Counted from the first letter of the stretch, positions 49,838 to 59,642 are shown. The stretch is DNA of 59,741 nt from a bacterium (GCA_049472335.1 JBLIRO010000026.1:1-59741), one strand, 5' to 3'. Notes: generated from the letters alone by a model not told the origin. Made by a program: numbers and translations.

Positions 49838-49843
49838 TATGGA

Positions 49844-51229
49844 TCAGATCGTATTAGTCACAGCCTTTTTTACCTCCGGCTGAAACGGCTTTATACCCAA
49901 ATGTGACATTACTTCACCGATTGTATAAAGGGAACCGGTAACGAGAATGAGGTCTTTTCCCCTGGCCGATGCCTTTGCCTTAATGATCGCTTCAGACAGG
50001 CGTGGTATGATAAGGATATCCCGCTTGCCGGCCAGTCCATTGTTTTGAATAATCTGATACAGCTCTTGCGCGGTTGCGGCCCTGTCAGATTCAGGAGAGG
50101 ATAGGATTACATATTGCGCGAGAGGCAGGATTTCCCTGCAAATACCGGCAATATCCTTATCCTTTAAGATCCCGAGCACGAGTATGAGGTTTTCATAACT
50201 AAAATGTGTACGAATGGTTTCAGCCATGCTTTGAGCGGCGGATGGATTATGAGCGCCATCAAGGACCATATAAGGGCTTCGGGAGACTATCTGTATCCTT
50301 CCGGGCCATATTGTTTCCAGCAATCCTTTTTTTACAGTGTAATCATCGATCTCCATATTCATTTCTCTTAATCTCTGGATCACCTCTAATACCAGAAATG
50401 TATTTTGAATCTGAAAACCGCCAAGAAGGGGTTGTGTAATGGTAATGTATGGATAGCCTGCGCGTTTGATGTTTATTTGTTGTCCCCCGGCGGGTCTATC
50501 AATTAAAAGACCTGTTTTTAAAAAGTTCGTATCCCGGCATTGAGTATATTCGCATGAATACAGTTCAGGCACGAGATATATGGGGGCGCCCTCAGATTCA
50601 CATTTTTCCCTTACAACGGCTAAGACCTCCTCCTGAGTCACCGCGGTTACCAAAGGACATCCCGGCTTGATAAGACCCGCCTTTTCCCCCGCGATTTCAC
50701 CAAGGGTTTGGCCGAGATACTCCTGATGATCCATTAATATATTAGTGATTACCGTAACGTTCGGATTGCATACATTAGTGGCATCCCACCTTCCGCCCAT
50801 CCCTACCTCGATTACCGCCCAGTCTGCCCCCATGCGGGAGAAATAGGAAAAGGCAAGGCAGGTCACAGTCTCGAAAAAGGTAGGATGCGAGTCTTTGAAG
50901 TGAATGTCGCGGATGGTTAGTTTCAAGTCTTCCGCCCCTTTTATGAGGTCCGTTTCGGAAATGGGACATCCGTTTATCTGTATCCTTTCTGAAAGATTGA
51001 TCAAATGAGGGGATGTATAAAGCCCCACCTTATATCCTGCCACCTTTAAAATGGACGCGAGCATCGCGGCGGTGGAACCCTTGCCGTTTGTCCCTCCTAT
51101 ATGGATTACCTTGAAGTTTCGGTGGGGATTTCCCAGGGCGTCCAGGATCAGTTTTGTATTGGCAAGACCGAATTTGATACCGATTCTTTGGAGATCATAT
51201 ATATAATCCAGAGCATTGGAGGGAGTCAT
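49844..51229 (-). CDS. folC: folylpolyglutamate synthase/dihydrofolate synthase
   Basis: HIGGTNGKGS, YTSPHL, TFFE, IEVGMGGRWDATN, WPGR, LDGAHNP, TGSLY. Confidence 0.97.
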   Translation of the reverse strand: MTPSNALDYIYDLQRIGIKFGLANTKLILDALGNPHRNFKVIHIGGTNGKGSTAAMLASILKVAGYKVGLYTSPHLINLSERIQINGCPISETDLIKGAEDLKLTIRDIHFKDSHPTFFETVTCLAFSYFSRMGADWAVIEVGMGGRWDATNVCNPNVTVITNILMDHQEYLGQTLGEIAGEKAGLIKPGCPLVTAVTQEEVLAVVREKCESEGAPIYLVPELYSCEYTQCRDTNFLKTGLLIDRPAGGQQINIKRAGYPYITITQPLLGGFQIQNTFLVLEVIQRLREMNMEIDDYTVKKGLLETIWPGRIQIVSRSPYMVLDGAHNPSAAQSMAETIRTHFSYENLILVLGILKDKDIAGICREILPLAQYVILSSPESDRAATAQELYQIIQNNGLAGKRDILIIPRLSEAIIKAKASARGKDLILVTGSLYTIGEVMSHLGIKPFQPEVKKAVTNTI

Positions 51230-52071
51230 TTCCGGACAAAAAATTCAAAAAGTCTTATCAATACCTGTTTCATATTTTTTCGGTTGCAGATTATGTCGAT
51301 CATCCCGTGGGCAAGGAGGAATTCCGCTGTCTGGAACCCTTCGGGGAGTTGCTGGCCGATTGTCTGCTCTATTACGCGTGGACCGGCAAAACCGATTAGC
51401 GCCTTGGGTTCGGCTATGATTATATCGCCAAGCATGGCAAAGCTTGCAGTTACGCCTCCGGTCGTCGGGTCTGTCAGGATAGAAATATAGGGAAGCCTGG
51501 CATCGGAGAGGCGTGTCAAAGATGCGCTCGTCTTTGCCATCTGCATTAATGAGATCATGCCTTCCTGCATCCTTGCGCCTCCGGATGCGGAGATTGTCAG
51601 GAAAGGGGTTTTGTCCTGTATTGCCCTTTCTATCCCCCGGGATATCCTTTCTCCTACGACTGAACCCATGCTGCCGCCCATAAATCTGAAATCCATGGCG
51701 GAAATGGTAGTAAGGTGTCCTCCAATCTTACCCTGGGAATTGATAAGGGCATCATTCAATCCGGTTTTTTCCTTATACTCCTTGAGCCTTTCCTTATATT
51801 TTTTCTTATCCTTAAATTTTAAAGGGTCATCCGGTTTGATATTTGCGTCAAATTCATTATACTCTCCAAGGTCATAGAGCTGCTTCAGCCTTTTTTCAAT
51901 AGGAATAGGGAAATGATACTCACACTTTGGGCAAATATCGTAGTTGCGCTCAATCTCCTTCATATAGATAATCTCTTTACAGCTTTTACAACGCATCCAT
52001 AACCCTTCCGGAATCTTGAGCCTTTTATCGTCAAAGACCTGCTGGAGTTTTTTTTCTTTTCTAAACCACAT
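51226..52071 (-). CDS. accD: acetyl-CoA carboxylase carboxyltransferase beta subunit
   Basis: PEGLWMRCKSC..CPKC, MGGSMGSVVGE, SGGARMQEG, DPTTGGVTASFA, GFAGPRVIEQT. Confidence 0.98.
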   Translation of the reverse strand: MWFRKEKKLQQVFDDKRLKIPEGLWMRCKSCKEIIYMKEIERNYDICPKCEYHFPIPIEKRLKQLYDLGEYNEFDANIKPDDPLKFKDKKKYKERLKEYKEKTGLNDALINSQGKIGGHLTTISAMDFRFMGGSMGSVVGERISRGIERAIQDKTPFLTISASGGARMQEGMISLMQMAKTSASLTRLSDARLPYISILTDPTTGGVTASFAMLGDIIIAEPKALIGFAGPRVIEQTIGQQLPEGFQTAEFLLAHGMIDIICNRKNMKQVLIRLFEFFVRK

Positions 52072-52202
52072 TATACATTAATGATTTATTGAGTGTCTAA
52101 AGTTAATAAAAAAAATTGCCTAAAGTGTCAAGCTTAATTTAAGCTAGTTAATAATATAAAGCGTTAATAATGTTGTCAAGTTTAAATGGAGAAGGGGTAG
52201 TG

Positions 52203-53975
52203 TCAGTACAGGCCTTTCAACAGAAAAAGCGGGTCCGTTCCGGTTAGTGCAGAAAAAGGGATTGAAAAGGGCAGGGGATTTATGTAGCCAGGCAAGGCAG
52301 GGGTAAATTGTTGGGTTAAACCGGTCCATGCAAACAGGTTTGGATACAATGAGTAAAATGGATAGGTTTGAAATGTAAGAGGATATGATGCCGTGAATAA
52401 TGAGTTAAGCGTAGACAGGTCGCCATTGATGGTTGCTATAGGATTAGTCGAGGATTGTGCCTGGTTGACCAGGACGGGATTGATAAATTGTGTCTGTGCC
52501 GTCAGGAATTGAGGTAAGGAGGAAAATAACAGATTTGTTGATAACAGATTAGATGACAGTAAGCTGGATGATAAAAATATCGCCTCTGCTGTAGCTATTG
52601 TAGCTTGATTTGAAGCAATTACCGCCGCATAGGCATTGACCATGCCATACCCATAATATTGGTCCCACCCCGGCGCCCCGAGATCCAGGGCTGTCTGTTT
52701 TAGTATCAGATCAACCTGATCAGGGCTCAATATCCCGCCGCTCAATGATTGCATCAATGCCACAATTCCAGATACGTGTGCCGCTGACCAGGATGTGCCT
52801 TTGCCCAGAAGCAGATTGAAAACCGTATAATTTGATCCATCATGTGACTGCTGGAGAATACCGTCTGGATATCCATCCAGGTTCTGGTCCACCGTTAAGT
52901 CCCCTCCGGGCGCGCAAACATCTATTTCCGCTCCATAGTTGGAGTAGTCCCCAAGCGTCAAATCATAGCGGACACCGCTTACGGATATACAAACAGGGTA
53001 AGAGGCAGGATAATTAGGTAAATCCGTGGCGTTATTTCCGGCAGAGCAAACCATGGTAACCCCGTTGGTGTATGCGTAATTCACCGCCGTTTCAAGAGAA
53101 AGTGTAGGATTGTCTCCAAATCCGAAGCTCATATTGATCACTTTGGCCCCGTTATTAACTGCGAAATATATCCCGTTCACGATATCCGTCAGGGCGCCAT
53201 TGCCATTGCTGTCCATAACCTTGACAGGCATAATGGTGGATTTAAAGGCAAGACCCGCACATCCATATAAATTATTGGTCGTCTGGGCAATTGTTCCGGT
53301 GATATGTGTGCCATGTCCGGCATCATCGTCAGGATATGCGTCATCATTAACAAAATCCCACCCCGCAGTAAAGCTTGTTCCTGAAAGGTCAGGGGCCTGA
53401 GCATATATGTCGAAATTCTCAAAGGCAACACCCGTATCAAGCACCGCCACAACCACCCCGAGACCGGTTGAAAGGTCCCAGGCAGATTCGGCGTTTATTC
53501 TCTGTAGGTTCCATTGATAACGATAGTACGGATCATTAGGTATAAAAGCGACCTTTCCTATATAATTTGGCTCCGCCAAAAGTACGATTGCCTCCATATT
53601 GAGGCGAACAATAAGTGTTTGAAGATCAACAAGAGGCGAAGTCAAAACAGTCCTTGCGCCTGAAAGGGGGCTTGAAGAGATCTCTTTTAATCCATAAAGT
53701 GTATAGAGCGCTAGGATTTGAGCCAGATTAGTGCCTGGTTCAAAATAGATAATCACCTGATTCGGGATAAATCTCGGAATGGAAAGCAATGCGTAGGATT
53801 GTTGAAGCCATAAAGGGACATATTGACCATTGCATGGTATTGTGGCAAATCCGATAAAACAAAAAACAGTTATAAAGATAGTTAGTACAATGCAAAAATG
53901 TATCTGAAAACGCTTCAGAAAAGCAGACCAAACTGTAGGAAAAAGGCCCCTGTCAGCTCGAACCTGTCCTTTCAT
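52203..53975 (-). CDS. secreted S8 subtilase with low-complexity C-terminal tail
   Basis: Triad VAVLDTG, GHGTHITG, GTSWSAAH; oxyanion SAGN; propeptide EPNY. Confidence 0.92.
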   Translation of the reverse strand: MKGQVRADRGLFPTVWSAFLKRFQIHFCIVLTIFITVFCFIGFATIPCNGQYVPLWLQQSYALLSIPRFIPNQVIIYFEPGTNLAQILALYTLYGLKEISSSPLSGARTVLTSPLVDLQTLIVRLNMEAIVLLAEPNYIGKVAFIPNDPYYRYQWNLQRINAESAWDLSTGLGVVVAVLDTGVAFENFDIYAQAPDLSGTSFTAGWDFVNDDAYPDDDAGHGTHITGTIAQTTNNLYGCAGLAFKSTIMPVKVMDSNGNGALTDIVNGIYFAVNNGAKVINMSFGFGDNPTLSLETAVNYAYTNGVTMVCSAGNNATDLPNYPASYPVCISVSGVRYDLTLGDYSNYGAEIDVCAPGGDLTVDQNLDGYPDGILQQSHDGSNYTVFNLLLGKGTSWSAAHVSGIVALMQSLSGGILSPDQVDLILKQTALDLGAPGWDQYYGYGMVNAYAAVIASNQATIATAEAIFLSSSLLSSNLLSTNLLFSSLPQFLTAQTQFINPVLVNQAQSSTNPIATINGDLSTLNSLFTASYPLTFQTYPFYSLYPNLFAWTGLTQQFTPALPGYINPLPFSIPFSALTGTDPLFLLKGLY

Positions 53976-54054
53976 TTCCCCCCCTTTTCACTTTCCGATC
54001 GTTAAAACTTCAGAAGCTCCGGTAACCTGTAAACTTCTATGGTCTATATTTATC

Positions 54055-54071
54055 AGCAATACTCATGCCTG
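54055..54071 (-). promoter_or_regulatory. putative sigma54 -24/-12 promoter of the subtilase
   Basis: Minus strand AGGCAT-GAGTA-TTGCT ~80 bp upstream of the start. Confidence 0.55.
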
Positions 54072-54312
54072 AATTGGTTTGTAGCAATGAGATGATACTT
54101 GAATAATGAAAGTGCTTTTAAAACAAGAGGTTTTAAGTAGAGAGTGGGCAGTTATTATAGATTTATATTATAAGGCAAATATGAAAAAAATATACACAGA
54201 CATTAAAAATATGAAATCATATTCATATTGGTAATTTTTTTTCCAATTTACAATTTAGGGGACGTTTGATATGACCTGACTTTTTTTCTGCTATAAATAC
54301 ATATATATACCA

Positions 54313-54583
54313 GGTTGTTAGCTGAAATCTTTTGAATAAGGATCTAATGAGGCCTTGAAGATCTATCTCTGAATCTAGATTTAGCTTCCGGTTTTCTAAT
54401 CTCTTTTGCAATGAGAGAGAAAATGATGTACAGCTATTCATGACAGCTCCTTTTATTTAGTGTTTTTAATTGCTTAGCATAAGTAAAGTATAGTGAATTT
54501 GGAGCTGCTTTTCAACTTAAAATGCTAATATTTTCAATAAGTAATGTTTACTTGTTGAGTCAAATTTTTCTGCGAAACTTATT
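54313..54583 (-). mobile_element. possible IS4-like transposase 5' remnant (left end plus first ~43 codons)
   Basis: AAGTTTCGCAGAA end-like motif; GGAG RBS inside a CAGCTCC/GGAGCTG inverted pair; ORF 'MNSCTSFSLSLQKRLENRKLNLDSEIDLQGLIRSLFKRFQLTT' recalls DDE transposase N-termini (from memory only). Confidence 0.4.
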
Positions 54584-54668
54584 TAAAATTATCAAAATTA
54601 TTAAGAAATAAATTAAACATCAAAAACGAACCCTGTATTTAAGCAGAATACCACCCAAGGGTTTAGGT

Positions 54669-55901
54669 TCAAGGTAATTTCCCATCGGCTTGAATCATTC
54701 TTATTAGAAGGGGCATTTTACCTTCTTGTTCCAGATAAACAGGGACCTTCGAATCTTCGTAATTTGGTAAAGTTAACCTTACCTCGTGTTTTCCTAGAGG
54801 GAGATCAAGCTTTAGAGGGGTTTTACCTTTCAATACTCCATCAATAATAACCTGTGCTCCAGTTGGAATGCTCTCTATGTTAAGTGTGGCAATGCGTAGT
54901 GAGCGTACTCCCGGAGCAGGAGGCACTATTTCCTCTTGTGATGTAGGTTCTTTTGTCAAAAAGTAGAAGGATGCTAATTTTATTATGCCTGCCGTCATGC
55001 CAACTATTATGACTGTCATTATTACAAAAAGGAAAGTTTTTTTTAGCTTATTATGTTTCGGGAATATTTCTTCTTTCTTATATTTGTTATTAAGAGTGGT
55101 TTTAAAGCGGTTTAGCGCATCAACCATTGCTCCGCCTGTTTGAAAGCGTTCTTTTGGGGATTTTTCCAGGCATTTCATTATAATATGAGAAAGATCCTTT
55201 GGAATTTCAGGATTTTTTTTGGATGGTTCAACAGGATTTTCCTTAGTGATAGAATTGAAAATGGCGGCTAGATTATTCCCCTGAAAAGGTCTGCTGCCGG
55301 TGGTGATCTCATAAAGGATACATCCCAGTGAAAAGAGATCAGATCGCCCATCAACAGGACAGCCTATAACCTGCTCGGGGGCCATGTAAGCGGGAGTGCC
55401 AAGTATCTCTCCGGCTTGTGTAAGCTGATGTCCGGAAGGGTCTTCGATATGAGCGATACCAAAATCGGTTATCTTTATCCTTGCATTGGGCATCAATATA
55501 ATATTACTGGGTTTAATATCCCTGTGAACAATCCCCATTTGATTGGCACACTCAAGTATCTCTGCAACCTGGATTGCGAGATCTACTATTTCATTGATAT
55601 CTAATTTTTTACCTTGAATCACTTTGTCTAATGGCTTTCCTTCCACTAATTCCATAGCAATAAAGATAGTTCCTTGATCCTGGCCGACATCATAAACAGT
55701 AACAACATTCGAATGAGAAAATCTTCCGATAGCTTTAGCCTCTTTCAGGAATCTTTCAACAAACGCCTTACTGGTTACCCGGTCCTCGCGTAAGACCTTT
55801 AAGGCGATACGTCGATCAATATCAGGATCATAGGCTTCATAAACTACTCCCATTGAACCTTTACCTATTTCTTTGACTATTTGATAACGACCATAATTCA
55901 T
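54669..55901 (-). CDS. Hanks-type Ser/Thr kinase with TM and PEGA domain
   Basis: GKGSMGVVY, ALKVL, HRDIKPSN, DFG, GTPAYMAPEQ; 'IESIPTGAQVIIDG..KGKTP' PEGA. Confidence 0.97.
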   Translation of the reverse strand: MNYGRYQIVKEIGKGSMGVVYEAYDPDIDRRIALKVLREDRVTSKAFVERFLKEAKAIGRFSHSNVVTVYDVGQDQGTIFIAMELVEGKPLDKVIQGKKLDINEIVDLAIQVAEILECANQMGIVHRDIKPSNIILMPNARIKITDFGIAHIEDPSGHQLTQAGEILGTPAYMAPEQVIGCPVDGRSDLFSLGCILYEITTGSRPFQGNNLAAIFNSITKENPVEPSKKNPEIPKDLSHIIMKCLEKSPKERFQTGGAMVDALNRFKTTLNNKYKKEEIFPKHNKLKKTFLFVIMTVIIVGMTAGIIKLASFYFLTKEPTSQEEIVPPAPGVRSLRIATLNIESIPTGAQVIIDGVLKGKTPLKLDLPLGKHEVRLTLPNYEDSKVPVYLEQEGKMPLLIRMIQADGKLP

Positions 55902-56067
55902 CTTAAATGATCCAATATTTAAAATGCCAAGATAAATGCCATGTTGATACTTTTTATTGATTTTATTATTAAAAAATACCGCATCTTAAAGGAGAAATTA
56001 AAGATAGCAGATTGAGTTGGAGCCACCATTAGAGAAGGCAAAACAAAGATAAAAAATGACTTTGTTT

Positions 56068-56802
56068 TCATTTGAATAAAGGTATCTCGCATAAGATCAC
56101 TGTAATATTATCATAACCTCCGAATGAATTGGCTGTTTCTATTAGTTTTTCTGCTTTTTGAGTTATGTCGATGGATTTGGATAATATCTCCCGAATTAGG
56201 CCATCATCAACCATATCTGTCAGACCATCGGAGCAGAGAAGAAAAAGATCCCCGGGCAGTACATTACCTCTAATGATATCAACTTCAAGATGATCTTTTA
56301 TCCCGACCGCTCTAAGAATTACATGGCGCAAAGAATGTTTTTTCGCATCACTTGGCGTAATAAGCCCTTGATTAATCTGATCTTGAACCAGAGAATGATC
56401 CTCGGTGATTTTCTTTAACGATCCCTCTCTCAAGATATAGGTACGACTATCTCCAACATGACCAAGCACCATTTTTTGATTACAAAAAGCCAATAGCTCG
56501 GCAGTACAGCCCATACCTTCGTGCTCAGGATTGTCGTTGGCATAGCTCAGGATTTTCTCATTGGCTAATCTAAAAGAAGATTGGACCGAATTAATTATCT
56601 CCTGTTCAGATTGATTTCCCTCTCTGGAAAAAACCTTAACAGCCGTTTCAACAAAGATACGGCTGGCTAGCTCTCCGGAAGCAGCGCCACCCATCCCATC
56701 AGCTAATACGCAGAAACCCAGTTCGTGATTCACTATAAAAGAATCTTCATTATTAGGCCGTCTAAGACCAGGATTTGATTTGCCAAAAAAATTCATTTTC
56801 AA
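56068..56802 (-). CDS. PP2C-family (Stp1/PrpC) Ser/Thr phosphatase
   Basis: RPNNED, ADGMGG, HVGDSR, DHS, LLCSDGL, GGYDNIT. Confidence 0.97.
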   Translation of the reverse strand: MKMNFFGKSNPGLRRPNNEDSFIVNHELGFCVLADGMGGAASGELASRIFVETAVKVFSREGNQSEQEIINSVQSSFRLANEKILSYANDNPEHEGMGCTAELLAFCNQKMVLGHVGDSRTYILREGSLKKITEDHSLVQDQINQGLITPSDAKKHSLRHVILRAVGIKDHLEVDIIRGNVLPGDLFLLCSDGLTDMVDDGLIREILSKSIDITQKAEKLIETANSFGGYDNITVILCEIPLFK

Positions 56803-57083
56803 TAATCCATTTAATATGTCGGTTGACTATTATTAAGAGAAAAATAACATTTTCTTGGAAAGAAATCCAGTTTGCAATCAACTTTTATAAACTTTATTGA
56901 TTATATTATTCAGCCTTTGATCTCACTGTCCCAGCAATCCTGATAACACAATTGTTGAAATAAGAGTTGCCAGAATTTTTGGAATCTGCTTGAAAAAAAA
57001 TACAATTTAAAGTATATATATATCTAAGATTTAAGATTTTCTTATCTTTTGTATTTAATCTCAAACAATGAAAAAACCATAAA

Positions 57084-57881
57084 ATGAAGTCTCCTCCACA
57101 TATTACTGTTCAGCTTGTTCATATTCAGGGGCCTATGAAAGGTGAAATACAAGAGTTCTCAGGGCCTATAATCTCTATCGGCCGCAATCCGTCAAGCCAT
57201 CTCTGTTTTCCTGCCGATCTCGCTATTATATCCAGAAAGCATGCTGAGATTATAAGAGAAGGAAACCGTTTTAAGTTGATTGATTACAGTACAAACGGAA
57301 CATTCGTAAATGGAAAGAGGATCGCAGAAGCCTATTTGAAGGATGGAGATGTCATGATGTTTGCTGAAGGAGGGCCAAAGGTCAGCTTTTTGACTCAGAT
57401 TAAGGAAGCGGAGATTGTGGTTGATACCTCAGTACCATTTCCTGATCAGGACAGATCTCAAATCTTTTCCGTGCAGGAGAGACCTATACTGCCATCTGTT
57501 CAAAAAACACCTTCATCAGAAATGAAAACTAAAGAATCCATAGGGCCTTCGATTAAGAACGTGAAGGTGCCTCTGATAATTCAATACGGACCTACACTTC
57601 GGTCATTTAATGAACTGCCTATTACCATTGGAAAAAGTCCGAAATGTGATTTTGTTCTTGAACACCCTTCAATTTTAGAAAGGCAAGCCCAGGTATTCTA
57701 CAGTCAGGATAAGTATTGGGTGAAAGACCTCACCGGACAAGGATTGATTCAGGTAAATCAGCGTCCTGTCCATATGGAAATATCGTTAAACAAGGATGAC
57801 AATTTGGCCTTAAGCCCACAGGGTCCTTTTTTTCGATTCCTTGGGGAAGGCCGTTTGGCTGAAATAGAAAAACCGTCTTGA
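57084..57881 (+). CDS. double FHA-domain protein
   Basis: First FHA canonical (IGR..SRKHA..STNGTFVNG); second degenerate (IGKS..ERQA). Confidence 0.9.
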   Translation: MKSPPHITVQLVHIQGPMKGEIQEFSGPIISIGRNPSSHLCFPADLAIISRKHAEIIREGNRFKLIDYSTNGTFVNGKRIAEAYLKDGDVMMFAEGGPKVSFLTQIKEAEIVVDTSVPFPDQDRSQIFSVQERPILPSVQKTPSSEMKTKESIGPSIKNVKVPLIIQYGPTLRSFNELPITIGKSPKCDFVLEHPSILERQAQVFYSQDKYWVKDLTGQGLIQVNQRPVHMEISLNKDDNLALSPQGPFFRFLGEGRLAEIEKPS

Positions 57882-57941
57882 AATAGAAAAAGCGTCTTAA
57901 AAGTATTATTTAGCCCTTAACAATTAAGAGGAGCTATATAT

Positions 57942-59525
57942 ATGGATATCCCTTCTGTCCCTTTCAAAATTTTGGCTATAGCCCCTTTCAGACCGCAGGA
58001 TGAGGGGCCCTGGGCACATGGCCCGGTTAGGATTGACAAAACTAACATCGATCAGATTATAGGGGATTTAAAACTTTCACTAAAGATCCCTCTTCCCAAA
58101 GATTTATCTACGTCAGGTGACATCACACTAAACATAAAAAGCCTCAAAGATTTCCATCCTGATAATCTGATTAAAAACAATCCGTTTCTTAAAAATATGC
58201 TTGACGCAAAACAATTTATTGAAGAGGGTAAGAGCAAAGGTCTATCCGATGAAGATATAACAAAACATCTTCAGGAGTGGCCGGACCTGCCGATAAAAGT
58301 TACCCTCAAACATCAAAAATCAGAATCACCTCCCGCGACCTCAATTGATAACATCCTGAAGATGGTTGCATTTCCGGAAGAAGGTTCTCGAACTTCAGAC
58401 AAATTCTATTCTGAAACATCTCAAATAGAGGCCATCCTTAAAAATATCTTAATTCACATCTTTTCTAACAATGAATTTCGATGTCTGGAATCAACCTGGC
58501 AGGGACTCGGGCTTTTGATAAAGCAAGGAATGGGTGACGGAGAATCCACCCCGGGAGAATCCACACTGGACATTGTGCCTGTTTCTCTTGATACTTTGGA
58601 AGAAATATTAAACAGGCTCCTGGCGAGCCTGATAATAGATATTCCATCTTTGATAATAATAGATCTTCCCTTTGACAATTCTCCCAGAAGCATAGAGCTT
58701 TTGGAAAAAATCGCGGATTTTTCAGATACATTACTCTCACCTGCGATTTGCTGGATCGGGCCTTCTTTTTTTCACCTTGATAGTTGGGAGCAGATGAATA
58801 GACTCCCCTATATCCCTCATTATCTCGATGAACCATCCTATGGCAAATTGCGTCATTTAAAGGAAACCCCACCTGCTAAGTGGCTGGCTTTAGCCTGTAA
58901 CCGTTTCTTGGTCCGTTACCCATATGGTCAGGGCAGTAATAGCCCAAGCCTTATTCGTTTTAATGAATCTGTATTGCCCTGGGTAAGCCCTGTGTGGGGC
59001 CTCTCATGCCTTATCAGTAAAAGCCTTGCCAGGACAGGGTGGCCAACCCGGTTTACAGAATGGAAAAATATCAGGATAAAAGATATGGCATTACACCCTG
59101 AGAAAGGAAGTAAGTCATTTCCAACCGAAACTTCTTTTGCCGAAGAGAGGATGCATCAATTAATAAAGGCGGGTATCATCCCGTTAATGAGTATGCCCAA
59201 TCAGGATATCGTCTTCACGCCATCCGAAGCGAACATAGCAGGCGGTTCACTATCCTATCAGCTCTTTGTCTCCCGGATAACACATTTTTTCTTGTGGTGT
59301 AAGGATAATTTCAGGGAAGATATGACGCCGGATGAGCTTGAAGAGGGTCTCAAGAAGGCCTTTTCTGCGTTTTGGGAGAAGACAGAGCAAGAGAAGCCAG
59401 AATGTATTGAAATTTCAGCAAAAAAACCGGACCCGGTAAAACCGATTTCAGTTAAAATTAAGATTCAGCCTTCTCGTCAGGTCCTTCTTTCCGGGAAAGA
59501 TGTGGAGATGGAGTTTCTTTGGTAA
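57942..59525 (+). CDS. type VI secretion contractile sheath protein, TssB(VipA)-TssC(VipB) fusion-like
   Basis: N-terminal 'PFKILAIAPF..PVRIDKTNID..SLKDFHPDNL' (TssB-like); 'EFRCLESTWQGL', 'NRFLVRYPYG', 'TGWP', 'PTET', 'SLSYQLFVSRI' (TssC-like). Confidence 0.85.
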   Translation: MDIPSVPFKILAIAPFRPQDEGPWAHGPVRIDKTNIDQIIGDLKLSLKIPLPKDLSTSGDITLNIKSLKDFHPDNLIKNNPFLKNMLDAKQFIEEGKSKGLSDEDITKHLQEWPDLPIKVTLKHQKSESPPATSIDNILKMVAFPEEGSRTSDKFYSETSQIEAILKNILIHIFSNNEFRCLESTWQGLGLLIKQGMGDGESTPGESTLDIVPVSLDTLEEILNRLLASLIIDIPSLIIIDLPFDNSPRSIELLEKIADFSDTLLSPAICWIGPSFFHLDSWEQMNRLPYIPHYLDEPSYGKLRHLKETPPAKWLALACNRFLVRYPYGQGSNSPSLIRFNESVLPWVSPVWGLSCLISKSLARTGWPTRFTEWKNIRIKDMALHPEKGSKSFPTETSFAEERMHQLIKAGIIPLMSMPNQDIVFTPSEANIAGGSLSYQLFVSRITHFFLWCKDNFREDMTPDELEEGLKKAFSAFWEKTEQEKPECIEISAKKPDPVKPISVKIKIQPSRQVLLSGKDVEMEFLW

Positions 59526-59544
59526 ACAAGTGTCTTTGTAATAT

Positions 59545-59642
59545 TCACCACGGAGACACAGAGGCACTGAGTAATGAGAAAACTTACAGAGCGGTGGGCT
59601 TGTCTTTTGATTTTTCTCTGTGTCTCTGTGCCTCTGTGGTGA
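59545..59642. repeat. REP-like inverted repeat built from 8-nt CACAGAG(A/G) units
   Basis: TCACCACGGAGACACAGAGGCACTGAG ... CTCTGTGTCTCTGTGCCTCTGTGGTGA. Confidence 0.85.

Noticed and set aside
55925..55943. sigma54-like TGGCATTTATCTTGG upstream of the Ser/Thr kinase
   Set aside because: The -12 element is GG rather than GC.
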